Below, piece by piece: positions 31,643 to 42,062 of a stretch of 64,000 nucleotides of DNA. The translations under genes and the position numbers were made by a program. Position 1 is the stretch's first letter. The number at the start of each line of letters is the position of its first letter. Under the pieces are notes generated by a model, which did no database searches, was not told where the DNA came from, and saw nothing but the letters and a program-made list of their open reading frames with translations. Source of the DNA: an uncultured archaeon (GTDB lineage Archaea > Asgardarchaeota > Lokiarchaeia > Sigyniarchaeales > SOKP01); NCBI GenBank assembly GCA_964486045.1, contig CAZALK010000004.1, positions 235,772-299,771 of the forward strand, in the 5' to 3' direction.

Positions 31643-32818
31643 TCAATCTGTGAAGTAGAGATGTTCATCGTGTCCTGTTGTTTTTAGCAGATCTTGTCCA
31701 AGCTTCTGAATCGCGTTCTTAGTTGGGGTTTGCAGTATTTTCCTCGATATATTAATAACTTTAGCTAATTTAGTGTCAGCAAACTCCCTGACGATATTAT
31801 CGTAACGAGAGAAGTCTAACCCAGCTGTATAAACTCCTGTAGTACCATGACTCGCTTGAGAAGAGACTTGCCAATGTTCTACCTTGAGTTCAATCTTAGA
31901 TAGTAAAGCCGAACAGAAAAACCATTCTAAATATAAATTCTGTCTTTTTGATTTTCTTTTAGTTGTTTGGAGCATCTTTAATGCTTTATTTAATCTATCA
32001 GGGTGTATCTGTCCAAATACCCTTTCATAATGATCCTTCATATTTTCTTTCACATGGGATCGAATCATTTGCATAATTACTTCAACTTTTTTTGCTCTTT
32101 CTCCAGTTACTTCATGTTGAATTGATTGAATATGCTGATCAATTGCATTCTGGGTTGCTTGACTGTTTTCTATAGTAGTAGAAGGTTGATTTGAGCTTCC
32201 ACCTGATTGATTTCTTGATGGGGGTCTACCCATTTGTTGTACTTCTTCCGGTATACTTATAATTTCTTTGGGGGGTAAGGTAAATAATGCTTCTAATTTT
32301 GAGGGATCTTCTTTAACTTCTTTGAATTTTTCTTGAATATCTTGATGAGAATATCCTATCTGGTTAAGATAAAATGCAGCGCTTGAGAGTTGATTTTCTA
32401 GTGCTGCAGAAGTGCCACCTGGTGCTCCAAACTCTTTTTCTATTTGTTCATCTGCAATATTACTAATTTTAGCCTCTTTAATGTCATTTAACTTTAAAGA
32501 TCCCAGCTTAGTCAGAATATACTGAATCTGATTAGAAGCTAAGTAGCTTAAATTACCAGTAGGACCAATCATATACGATATTTTTTCCATTTTTTTGAGA
32601 ACTTCAGCAAGATCTTCTTGTTTCTTCCCTTTTGATATGATTAAGAAATGTTCTAAGAAATTTTGGTCAAAACCCGCAATAATTTTTAGATATTTTTCGT
32701 CGTACTTATTAAGATGCTCGTGCAATTTCCTTCCTTCAAGGTCTGAGGGTAAAGTGATTTGATATACCAGAATATTGTCGGCAATCATATACACATAGTC
32801 TGAACTTTGCATAAGCAT
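31643..32818 (-). CDS. hypothetical protein with central Q/S/N/P-rich linker
   Basis: 391-aa ORF with no recognised motif. Confidence 0.7.
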   Translation of the reverse strand: MLMQSSDYVYMIADNILVYQITLPSDLEGRKLHEHLNKYDEKYLKIIAGFDQNFLEHFLIISKGKKQEDLAEVLKKMEKISYMIGPTGNLSYLASNQIQYILTKLGSLKLNDIKEAKISNIADEQIEKEFGAPGGTSAALENQLSSAAFYLNQIGYSHQDIQEKFKEVKEDPSKLEALFTLPPKEIISIPEEVQQMGRPPSRNQSGGSSNQPSTTIENSQATQNAIDQHIQSIQHEVTGERAKKVEVIMQMIRSHVKENMKDHYERVFGQIHPDRLNKALKMLQTTKRKSKRQNLYLEWFFCSALLSKIELKVEHWQVSSQASHGTTGVYTAGLDFSRYDNIVREFADTKLAKVINISRKILQTPTKNAIQKLGQDLLKTTGHDEHLYFTD

Positions 32819-32892
32819 CTATCCCTTTTAGTAATTTTGCTATAAAGAAAAAAATATTCTTAATAATTAAATAAATTACGTTCTTAAATATT

Positions 32893-33387
32893 TTACATTA
32901 TAGTTTTTTGATATTTTCTAGCTATTTTTCGTGCTAAATCCATCTGTTCTTTTGTTTCTAAACAACATGATCTTAATTTACGAATCCATTTTACTGGATC
33001 TATTCCATTAGGTATATAACCATTATAAGCTGCCCAGGTTACAATCATTAAACCTGACCTTCCACAACCAGCTACACAATGAACTACTACTGGTTCATTA
33101 TTTGTACTACTCTCACTAGTTATTTTAAAAAATCTTCTTATTTGTGCTTCTGTGGGTGTACCAAAGTCTGCAATATTGACATGGAGATACTTGAATTCCT
33201 TTGGTATATCTTCCTTGTTATCAAATTCAGAACAATTTATTATTACTTTAATTCCTTCTTTTCGATAGGTTTCGATTACTGACGGATCTGGCCACCAAGA
33301 AGCTGCCATTTTTCCTTTAATTATCCAAGTAAAAGGTTCTGTTCGTTCGGGCATTCCATTCTTTGGCCAATACCATGGACGAACCAT
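32893..33387 (-). CDS. dual-specificity/tyrosine protein phosphatase
   Basis: VVHCVAGCGRSG (HCx5R), IADFGTP acid loop. Confidence 0.9.
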   Translation of the reverse strand: MVRPWYWPKNGMPERTEPFTWIIKGKMAASWWPDPSVIETYRKEGIKVIINCSEFDNKEDIPKEFKYLHVNIADFGTPTEAQIRRFFKITSESSTNNEPVVVHCVAGCGRSGLMIVTWAAYNGYIPNGIDPVKWIRKLRSCCLETKEQMDLARKIARKYQKTIM

Positions 33388-33464
33388 ATTATTTCAGCAA
33401 ATCATTAATCTTTATAATTTGTCAATTCCAATACTATTTAAAGTATATTGTAAAATGTAAAGTT

Positions 33465-33935
33465 ATGGTTGATAGGGAAAAACTTACTGCTTTTGATACA
33501 AGACGATATCCAATACGTCCTCACGTCGGTGTTGGCATTCTTCTGGTTAGAAATAAACATTTACTTTTAATTAAAAGAAAATATAACCCCGACGCGGGGT
33601 ATTGGTCAATCCCCGGGGGGCATCTAGATATAGGAGAAGAAGTTGAAAAAGCTGCTAAAAGAGAGGGATTTGAGGAAACTGGTTTTAAAGTAAAAGTTAC
33701 TAAATTAGCAGGCATTATCGATAAGATTATGTATGATGATGATGGGAAAATCGAATACCATTATGTTCTTCTCAATTTTTTTGTAGAACAAATAGAAGGA
33801 GATAGTAATCAAGCACCTATTGCAGATGATGATGCTTTGGATGCTAAATTTGTCCCTTTTAATGAATTAAAGGAATATGAATTAACAACATCACTAATTA
33901 AATTACTAAAACAATTGAAAATTGGATTTGAATAG
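33465..33935 (+). CDS. Nudix hydrolase (ADP-ribose pyrophosphatase-like)
   Basis: GGHLDIGEEVEKAAKREGFEETG Nudix box. Start set at ATG 33465. Confidence 0.9.
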   Translation: MVDREKLTAFDTRRYPIRPHVGVGILLVRNKHLLLIKRKYNPDAGYWSIPGGHLDIGEEVEKAAKREGFEETGFKVKVTKLAGIIDKIMYDDDGKIEYHYVLLNFFVEQIEGDSNQAPIADDDALDAKFVPFNELKEYELTTSLIKLLKQLKIGFE

Positions 33936-34075
33936 TTTAATTATTAAAAAAAAAGTTACAATTTTGTAGTAATCTATTTAGTAATTCGGATTAAAAAAAT
34001 ACTAGTGCAATAATTAAGTATTTTACAAATATTGTTTTATTTTCTAAATAATAATCAAACTTGGGAGATTTCATT

Positions 34076-35485
34076 ATGATTGATTTCGAAAAATTATTCA
34101 ACCCCAGAAGTATTGGGATCATTGGTGTTAATGAAAAACGTGCTGGTAGATATTGGTTAAGTTGTCTTCAAAATTTTGGTTTCGAAAATCCTATATACCT
34201 CTTTAATCCCCGCTTAAAAGGAAAATTTATAGCAGATATTCCTGTCTATGGTTCGGTTCTAGAAATACCTGATGATAAGCCCATTGATTATGTAATTATC
34301 GCTGTTCCGGCAAGGTTTTGTCCCGCTGTTCTAGAAGAATGTGGAAAGAAAGGAGTTTCATTTGCAACCATATTTGCATCTGGATTTTCTGAGGTAGGGA
34401 ATCGCCATTTAGAAGTAGAGGTTCTTGAAGTTGTAAAAAAGTATAATATAAGAGTAATAGGTCCAAATTGTATGGGAATTTTTGTTCCAAAAAACAACAT
34501 CTCTTTTACTCCTGGTCTTCTTTCTAAAGAATCGGGCAATTTTGGTGGAATTTTTCAGTCTGGAGGGTTAGCTATTTATATTTCAGCAAAGGGGCAGTCG
34601 ATCTATGGAACAAATCCAAGTAAGATTCTTTCAATTGGAAATCAGATCGATTTGAATTTTGTTGATTTTTTGCAATATTTTCTAGAAGATGATGAAACGA
34701 AAATCATTGCACTTTATGTAGAAAACATAAAAAGTCAGGCAATAGGCAGAAAATTTTTGAATATAGTTAAAAAATTGACACTTAAGGGGAAACCGGTGAT
34801 CCTTTGGAAAGTTGGAAGTGGTGAAGCTACAAAAGAGACAATTATGTCTCATACTGGGGGTTTAGCGGGATCTTTAAAAATCTGGGAGGCTATGACCAAA
34901 CAAACTGGGGCTTTAATGGTTAAAGATTCAAATGAACTAATTAACTTAGCTATGCTTTTTCAGAACATCAGCAACATGTCTATGAATAGAAATATGGGGA
35001 TTACTACAGGAGGGGGTGGTGCTTCAATTGAAACTACTGATACTTTTGAAAGGAATAATTTAAATATTCCCAAATTTGCGCCAGAAACTGCTGACAAATT
35101 TCGAGAATTTGTTCCTGATGTAAATACTATCTTTCGAAACCCACTTGATCTAGGAGGAAGCATGGGAAATCCGGAGATTTTTTATAAATCACTTTTGACA
35201 TTAGACTCGGATCCAAATATTTCTGCTGTAATTTTCATTAAAGTGTATGACTTTAATCATATCTTTCTCCAAACAATTAAACGGGCTTATAAAGAGATGA
35301 AAAAACCTCTTATATGTATAGCTTATAAAATTGTCGACGATACGAGTGATTATGCAAATAAAATACTTTTTAAACGGGAATTATTCAAACTAAAGATTCC
35401 CGTATTCGAGTCTGTTGCTTTGGCCGCTAAATCTTTAGATAAAATGTGCACTTTCAGAGAATTTCAAGATACGCATAACTTATAA
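34076..35485 (+). CDS. ADP-forming acyl-CoA synthetase, alpha-subunit-like
   Basis: LFNPRSIGIIG, IGPNCMG, QSGG, SHTGGLAG (phospho-His), NPLDL. Confidence 0.85.
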   Translation: MIDFEKLFNPRSIGIIGVNEKRAGRYWLSCLQNFGFENPIYLFNPRLKGKFIADIPVYGSVLEIPDDKPIDYVIIAVPARFCPAVLEECGKKGVSFATIFASGFSEVGNRHLEVEVLEVVKKYNIRVIGPNCMGIFVPKNNISFTPGLLSKESGNFGGIFQSGGLAIYISAKGQSIYGTNPSKILSIGNQIDLNFVDFLQYFLEDDETKIIALYVENIKSQAIGRKFLNIVKKLTLKGKPVILWKVGSGEATKETIMSHTGGLAGSLKIWEAMTKQTGALMVKDSNELINLAMLFQNISNMSMNRNMGITTGGGGASIETTDTFERNNLNIPKFAPETADKFREFVPDVNTIFRNPLDLGGSMGNPEIFYKSLLTLDSDPNISAVIFIKVYDFNHIFLQTIKRAYKEMKKPLICIAYKIVDDTSDYANKILFKRELFKLKIPVFESVALAAKSLDKMCTFREFQDTHNL

Positions 35486-35657
35486 CAGAATAATTCTAAT
35501 TTTTTTTTAATATTTTCCCTTTTTTCATATTTAATTTTTGTTTAATAATTCATTTTTAGTTTAGAAGACAAAAGAATATAATTTTGTTATAATTATTGTG
35601 TAATAGAGATAATTTTACCCTATTAAGAATGAATTAATGAATTAGAGGTATAACAGC

Positions 35658-36977
35658 TTGTCTACATTAATGAGAATTGCTAGGAATGGGAATTATACTA
35701 AAGAAATGGAGATTGTTTCTCAAATTGAGAAAGTCGATGTAGAATTCATACGACGGGGTGTTGAGAAGGGAAGAATAATCATTGCTAAATCAAATCGACG
35801 AGAATTGGATACCCCATTAGGGATTGGTAAGGGTTTATTAGTTAAAATTAATGCTAATGTTGGTTCTTCAAAGACTCATTTTGATATCAATGAAGAAGTA
35901 GAAAAAGCTAAGATCGCTGTAAAATTTGGGGCAGATACAGTTATGGATTTAAGCACTGGTGTTACCGAAGCTGACATAATTTCCATTAGGAAAAGAATAA
36001 TTGATGAGGTTAAAGTCCCTTTAGGAACAGTTCCCATCTATCAAACTGCTCTAAGAGCTCTTGAGAATAAAGGAGCAATCATCCACATGGATGAGGATGA
36101 CATGTTTAATGTTGTCGAAGAACAAGCAAAGGAAGGAGTCGATTTTTTCACTATTCATGTTGGGGTAACCCGAGAAATTGTTAATTTTCTAATAAAACAC
36201 CCCAGGTTGATGGGAGTAGTTTCTAGAGGTGGAACATTCTTAGCATCATGGATCTTAGAAAATAATATGGAAAACCCTTTCAATAGAAGATATGATTATC
36301 TACTAGAGATGGCTCAAGAATACGATTTCACACTTTCTCTCGGGGATGGAATGAGACCAGGCAGTATATTTGACTCAACTGATTTCGCACAGGTCCAAGA
36401 GCTATTAGAAATTTCTAAATTAGTAAAACGAGCATGGGCTGCTGATGTCCAAGTTATGGTTGAAGGCCCAGGTCACATCCCTGCGAATGAAATTGAAAGA
36501 AATGTCAAAATGCAGAAATCATTATGTGATGAAGCGCCATTTTATGTATTAGGTCCGCTTGTGACTGATATTGCCCCCGGATATGATGATATAGTGGGGG
36601 CTATTGGAGGTGTAATCGCGGGATTAGCTGGTGCTGATTATCTATGCTATGTTACCCCCGCTGAACATTTAGGGTTGCCCACCATAGATGATGTAAAGAG
36701 AGGTGTTATCTCATCCAAAATTGCTGCTCATGCTGTTAATATCGCGCGATATGGGAAACGAGCTTCAGACTGGGATTATAGGATGGATATCGCAAGAAAG
36801 GAACTTGACTGGGAAGGCATGATTGAACAAGCAATTGATCCAGAACTAGCTAGAGAGATACATTACCGAAATGGTTGTGCTGAAGAAGATGGAGATGTAT
36901 GTAGCATGTGTGGAGAATTCTGTGCGATAAAACTATTAAAAGATACTCTAGAAAGTAAAAGAAATTCTGCTTTATAA
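35658..36977 (+). CDS. thiC: phosphomethylpyrimidine synthase
   Basis: KINANVG, DTVMDLSTG, SLGDGMRPG, EGPGH, CYVTPAEH, CSMCGEFC. Confidence 0.96.
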   Translation: MSTLMRIARNGNYTKEMEIVSQIEKVDVEFIRRGVEKGRIIIAKSNRRELDTPLGIGKGLLVKINANVGSSKTHFDINEEVEKAKIAVKFGADTVMDLSTGVTEADIISIRKRIIDEVKVPLGTVPIYQTALRALENKGAIIHMDEDDMFNVVEEQAKEGVDFFTIHVGVTREIVNFLIKHPRLMGVVSRGGTFLASWILENNMENPFNRRYDYLLEMAQEYDFTLSLGDGMRPGSIFDSTDFAQVQELLEISKLVKRAWAADVQVMVEGPGHIPANEIERNVKMQKSLCDEAPFYVLGPLVTDIAPGYDDIVGAIGGVIAGLAGADYLCYVTPAEHLGLPTIDDVKRGVISSKIAAHAVNIARYGKRASDWDYRMDIARKELDWEGMIEQAIDPELAREIHYRNGCAEEDGDVCSMCGEFCAIKLLKDTLESKRNSAL

Positions 36978-37144
36978 GTTGAATATCCGATACTATACTC
37001 ATTTTTATCAACTACTAATTTTTTCGCTTATTAGGTAGGCTTTCTTTCCCAGATTTTTATTGACCAGAAAATGGTGAATTCCTTTTATTTCAATAAAACT
37101 TTAAGAAATTTTTTATAAAATTAAGGTATAATTTACTAAGGGAA

Positions 37145-37972
37145 ATGAAAAAAGTACTCACTATTGCGGGATCTGATTCTGGTGGTGGTGCGGGAATTCA
37201 AGCAGATTTGAAAACTTTTTCTGCCCGTGGAGTTTATGGAATGAGCGCAATTACAGCACTTACGGCACAAAATACTATGGGTGTTCAGAGAGTTTATGAA
37301 ATGGATCCTAGTTTTGTTGGGGAACAAATTGATTCGGTCATGTCGGATATAGGTGCAGATACGTGGAAAACAGGGATGTTAGCAAATACAGAGATAATTC
37401 GAATTGTGGCGAATAGAGCTCGTAAATACAATATAAAATTATTAGTAACAGATCCTGTAATGATTGCAAAAAATGGGGATCATTTATTAAAACCTGCAGC
37501 TAATGACGCATTGATCTCAGAGCTCGTTCCGCTGGCATATGTTATAACACCAAACCACCATGAAGCTCAAACATTAACAAAAATAAATATTGAAAATTTG
37601 ACAGATGCTCGAGAAGCGGCTCAAGAGATTCATAATCAAGGAGCCCAAAATGTTGTGATTAAAGGTGGCCATTTACCAGATATTCAATATGCTATTGATA
37701 TACTATATGATGGAAATAATTTCACAGAATTTCATGCCCCCCGTATTAACACCAAAAACACACATGGTACGGGGTGTACTTTTGCATCTGCAATAGCAGC
37801 AGAATTAGCAAAAGGAAACGATGTAAAATCAGCAGTTCACATAGCCAAAGCTTATTTAACTGCAGCAATTCAAAAGGCAGATAGCTTGAGAATTGGTAAA
37901 GGACATGGACCTACAAATCATTCTCAGGGAAATATTGTAGAAGTAGATCTTAGTTTAGTAAAAGTAAAATAA
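37145..37972 (+). CDS. thiD: hydroxymethylpyrimidine/phosphomethylpyrimidine kinase
   Basis: IAGSDSGGGAGIQADLKT, TAQNT, HGTGCT, GHGP. Confidence 0.96.
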   Translation: MKKVLTIAGSDSGGGAGIQADLKTFSARGVYGMSAITALTAQNTMGVQRVYEMDPSFVGEQIDSVMSDIGADTWKTGMLANTEIIRIVANRARKYNIKLLVTDPVMIAKNGDHLLKPAANDALISELVPLAYVITPNHHEAQTLTKINIENLTDAREAAQEIHNQGAQNVVIKGGHLPDIQYAIDILYDGNNFTEFHAPRINTKNTHGTGCTFASAIAAELAKGNDVKSAVHIAKAYLTAAIQKADSLRIGKGHGPTNHSQGNIVEVDLSLVKVK

Positions 37973-37990
37973 GCAATTTATTTAAAATAA

Positions 37991-38572
37991 CTACTCTGTT
38001 TTAGCTCTATCAAAAGCCCATTTTGCCTTATCGTGCAATCCAAGCTTTTCATAGGCTTTTCCCAAATATAAAAAACCATCAGGAAAATCAAATCTAAGTT
38101 TTACTAGTTTGAATAAAAAATTTATTGTGAGGTCAAATCGTCCTTTCAAAAAATTCGTTTTTCCCAGAATAAATAGTACCTTTAAGTTTTTTGCTTCAGA
38201 TGAGCCTTCTTCATATAATTCCAAAAGTTTTTCTATAGCCTCCTCATATTGTTTTTCTTCAATTAATTGCTCAATTTCTTCAATAACTTTTAGGAAAATA
38301 GTTTCATTTGTTAATTCTTCCATTTTTCTCAAATCTTCTTTCTTTTTTTCAACCTCTATAGCATCCAGTTTCTCTTGCGTTTTTTTTTCAAGGTGTTCTT
38401 TAAACTGATTGATAACATTCTGTGAATAGGGTTCAGTGCATAATGGACAATTTTGTGAATGTAATAACCATTCAGCTAAACAATTTTTATGGATGGGATG
38501 TTCATTTGTGCACGTGAAAAGAGAATTTGGTGTTTTTCCTATTTCTAAATGACAAACGATACAAGAAGGCAT
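37991..38572 (-). CDS. RING-H2 finger plus TPR protein (putative E3 ubiquitin ligase)
   Basis: CIVC...CTNEHPIHKNCLAEW...CPLC (C3H2C3), a coiled-coil linker, then TPR repeats. Confidence 0.8.
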   Translation of the reverse strand: MPSCIVCHLEIGKTPNSLFTCTNEHPIHKNCLAEWLLHSQNCPLCTEPYSQNVINQFKEHLEKKTQEKLDAIEVEKKKEDLRKMEELTNETIFLKVIEEIEQLIEEKQYEEAIEKLLELYEEGSSEAKNLKVLFILGKTNFLKGRFDLTINFLFKLVKLRFDFPDGFLYLGKAYEKLGLHDKAKWAFDRAKTE

Positions 38573-38754
38573 TATAGTTTTATTACTAATTCCTAGGATA
38601 ATTATATTTTACAATCTATAGGTTTTTTTAATAATAAAATTATAGGCTAAAAACTTAAAAGTATTGGTTTTAGTAAAATCGATTTAAAAAATAATAAATA
38701 AAACTTCTGTTATTGTTATTTTAACTAAATAATAAATAAAGGGTAAAACTAGAC

Positions 38755-40341
38755 TTGTCGATTAATCGAACTGCACTCTTCACGGAGCTTTTTGATCAAT
38801 TTTTACAATCAAACTCCGATGTTGAGGGGGTGATCGTGAGTGATCAGCTAGGTTTCGTCATCGCTGGTCAAAAAAGAAGCGATGTGGACATGGAAATTGT
38901 TTCAGTTTTGACGTCTATCATAAATCCAATTGTAGAAAGAATACGTGATGAGTTTGCTTTCAAAAAATTTGGTACAGCTAGCTTTGATACAGAATTCTAT
39001 AGACTCTTATTTATCTCTTTAGATGAAAGTAGAACCTTGAGCATCGTTTTAAATAATTTAGCTTCGGTAGATAAAGCTTCTCCTTATGCATACCTTCTTG
39101 CAGAAAAATCGGTACAAATTTTAAATGCTGAAGAAGGTGATAATATACAGCTAAATATTCCTAATTTTGAATATGAAACAGATGAAACCTCTTACTCCGA
39201 AAGAGTAAAAAATCAAATATATCAAATGCGATTAGATCAAGGAGGAACTTATAGATTCAAGTTTGTTGTAATAGGGGATCATGAAGTCGGAAAAACGAGT
39301 CTAGTTAGGCGATTTGTAGAAAATAAATTTTTACATGACTATCGTGCTACTATAGGATTAAATATCTTAAGTCATTCATATGAATTCTATGGAAATAATA
39401 TTATATATAGTTTATGGGATGTTGGAGCTCAACAGTATTTTAAGAGATTTCGACAAACATACTATCTAGGTGCACAAGCAGCGTTTATAGTTTTTGATCT
39501 TACGAACCGACAAACTTTTGATGATGTAATACAATGGTACCAAGAATTAGAAAGTTTTATTGGTGGTCGAGAAATCCCAATTATTCTTATCGGAAATAAA
39601 ATGGATTTAAAAGACCAGAAAGTTATTAAATATGAAGAAGGAGTGAAATTAACAAATGATTTATCTCAAAAGGCTAATCTTAAGATCTCATATATTGAAA
39701 CGAGTGCTTTATCAGGTGAAAACGTTGAAGACGCCTTTACATTAATTGCATATCATTACATATCTAAAAGTAAAGAAGAAGAGGAAGAAAGAGTTAAAAG
39801 CGATTTGTTAGATGAACTCAACTCGATCTTGAAGGAGAAAAAAGTAATTGGAGAAGACTTTGAATCTTTATTAACCCTAACCATCATTTCTGAAAATGAA
39901 TTTTGGAGCCCGGGGTTACAAATTCTGTCAGAAATAAATGGGTTAGATGAGTGTAAGAAGCTGAAAGATCAAAGAGATGAGAAATTGTATAAATTCTCTA
40001 ACGGAGTGACCATTAAAAATTATCTTTACCACAATTTTGAAGTTTCTGACGCCGATGGGATTTTTTGCATATTTGACGCTCGGTATAAGGATCATGTTGA
40101 TCCTGCATGGAGAGATGTTGTCGTGAAAATCATAAACGAAATGGAAGAAAATAAGGTAGTTTTAATTGGTATTCGAGTTTCAGATAAAAGTGATTGGTCT
40201 CTAATAATGGAAGAATTTGATGTAAATGAGTTATTAGAACAAAAGATGATATCATTGCTGTTTTTCAAGTTAGGTATTGAATATCGATTGGAAATTTACG
40301 ATCAACTTAAAGTAATGTTAAATACAATAAAATATTTATAA
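38755..40341 (+). CDS. roadblock domain plus Rab-like GTPase plus degenerate C-terminal alpha/beta domain
   Basis: VEGVIVSDQLGFVIAG (roadblock); GDHEVGKT, ATIG, WDVGAQ, YYLGA, GNKMD, ETSA. Confidence 0.85.
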   Translation: MSINRTALFTELFDQFLQSNSDVEGVIVSDQLGFVIAGQKRSDVDMEIVSVLTSIINPIVERIRDEFAFKKFGTASFDTEFYRLLFISLDESRTLSIVLNNLASVDKASPYAYLLAEKSVQILNAEEGDNIQLNIPNFEYETDETSYSERVKNQIYQMRLDQGGTYRFKFVVIGDHEVGKTSLVRRFVENKFLHDYRATIGLNILSHSYEFYGNNIIYSLWDVGAQQYFKRFRQTYYLGAQAAFIVFDLTNRQTFDDVIQWYQELESFIGGREIPIILIGNKMDLKDQKVIKYEEGVKLTNDLSQKANLKISYIETSALSGENVEDAFTLIAYHYISKSKEEEEERVKSDLLDELNSILKEKKVIGEDFESLLTLTIISENEFWSPGLQILSEINGLDECKKLKDQRDEKLYKFSNGVTIKNYLYHNFEVSDADGIFCIFDARYKDHVDPAWRDVVVKIINEMEENKVVLIGIRVSDKSDWSLIMEEFDVNELLEQKMISLLFFKLGIEYRLEIYDQLKVMLNTIKYL

Positions 40342-40492
40342 GGAAATTCTCTCATTTTATTGTATTTTTATGATAGTTGTAATATGTTATGTTCTAACTT
40401 AAGTAATCACATTTCATAATCTCCTAAGAATAACAAAAAATAATAACAAGTAAAACTATAATATAGATATAAATAAATGGGTTAGACGATCC

Positions 40493-42052
40493 TTGGTAAT
40501 AAGTAAAAATAAGATCTTTTTCGAATTGTTTAACAATTTCTTAGAAATAAATGAGGAAGTAGAAGCCGTTATTGTTTCAGATAGCGAAGGTCTTATTATC
40601 GCAGGGGAGAAGAGGAAAGATGTAGATATTGAACTTATTTCAGTTTTAACCTCAATAATTAACCCTGTTTTAGAACGTATGCGAAATGAATTTTCTTTCA
40701 AGAAATTTGGGAATACAAGTTTTGATACAGAAGATCATCGTCTTTTGTTTATCTCTGTTGATGAGGAGCACATCCTAAGCCTAGTTTTAGACAATATGGC
40801 TTCTCTTGAGAAACTCTCACCATATGGTCTATTTCTCGCTGAAAAAACAGCACAAATTTTGACCGCTGAGGAAGATGACCATATCCAATTGACTGTACCG
40901 AATTTTGAATTCGAAGCTGAAAATGTTCAAAGGTTGAAAAATCAACTATATCAGATGGATCTGACAACCCATGGAGAATATCGCTTTAAATTTGTTATTT
41001 TGGGGGATCACGAAGTTGGTAAGACTTCGATCATTCGAAGATTTGTCGAAAACAAGTATACGGAAGATTATCGGGCAACTATAGGACTAAATGTTTTGAC
41101 ACACACCTTTGAATTTTTTGGGAATGAAATTGGGGTGACCTTATTTGACTTAGGTGCCCAAAAATTTTTCCGTCGTTTTCGAAAAGTGTATTACTCAGGC
41201 GCTCAAGCAGCTTTTATCGTTTTTGATTTATCAAACCGTGAATCTTTTAGTAATGCGTTGAATTGGCATCAAGAATTAAAGGAATTTACATCCGATCAAG
41301 AAATTCCTATAGTATTAGTTGGTAATAAATCAGACTTAAACGAAGAACGACAAGTTTTTTATCAAGAAGGGGTGAAACAAGCAAATGAATTGTCTGAGAA
41401 AGAAATTATTAAGTTATCTTATATTGAGACAAGTGCCTTGACAGGAGAGAATATTGAGGATGCATTCAATTTGATATCATATCATTACGTAATGAGAAGT
41501 AAAGAAATCGAAGATGAGAGACGTGGTGACCTATTATTTGAAAAAATAACCTCTATTATTAAGAAAAAGATTGTATTAACAATATCTTTTATTTCAGAAA
41601 ATACAATGTGGAGTCCAGGTCTTCAAATTATCGCCAATATAAAGAAATTAGGAGAACAAACACTAGTTAGAGATTATGACGATGAGCAAGTCTACCAATA
41701 TCTCAATGGGTTAATCACCAAACAGCATATTTTTTCTGCGGCTGATGATATCTCAAGTTCTGATGGCGTATTTTGTATATTTGATTTAAGAGATAAAGAA
41801 CATGTCGATCCTAAATGGAAAGAAATTATTATTAAAATTATTGAAAATTCTAAAGATAAGGGAGTAGTATTAATTGGGATTAGAGCTGTGGAAAGTAGTA
41901 GTTGGTCTCAGATAATAGAAGAATTAAATGTCGATGAACGATTAGAAAATAAAGTAATTGATCTCTTCTTCTTTAGAATTGGAACAGATTTCCGCTTAGA
42001 TATTTTCGATCAGCTAAAGTCGATGCTTTCAGTTATTGATGATAAGTATTAA
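40493..42052 (+). CDS. roadblock domain plus Rab-like GTPase, tandem paralog
   Basis: VEAVIVSDSEGLIIAG; GDHEVGKT, ATIG, FDLGAQ, YYSGA, GNKSD, ETSA. Confidence 0.85.
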   Translation: MVISKNKIFFELFNNFLEINEEVEAVIVSDSEGLIIAGEKRKDVDIELISVLTSIINPVLERMRNEFSFKKFGNTSFDTEDHRLLFISVDEEHILSLVLDNMASLEKLSPYGLFLAEKTAQILTAEEDDHIQLTVPNFEFEAENVQRLKNQLYQMDLTTHGEYRFKFVILGDHEVGKTSIIRRFVENKYTEDYRATIGLNVLTHTFEFFGNEIGVTLFDLGAQKFFRRFRKVYYSGAQAAFIVFDLSNRESFSNALNWHQELKEFTSDQEIPIVLVGNKSDLNEERQVFYQEGVKQANELSEKEIIKLSYIETSALTGENIEDAFNLISYHYVMRSKEIEDERRGDLLFEKITSIIKKKIVLTISFISENTMWSPGLQIIANIKKLGEQTLVRDYDDEQVYQYLNGLITKQHIFSAADDISSSDGVFCIFDLRDKEHVDPKWKEIIIKIIENSKDKGVVLIGIRAVESSSWSQIIEELNVDERLENKVIDLFFFRIGTDFRLDIFDQLKSMLSVIDDKY

Positions 42053-42062
42053 ACATTGGTTA

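Noticed and set aside
35486-35657. TPP riboswitch upstream of thiC
   Set aside because: The leader is extremely AT-rich with no CUGAGA or CCUGAU...AGG elements.
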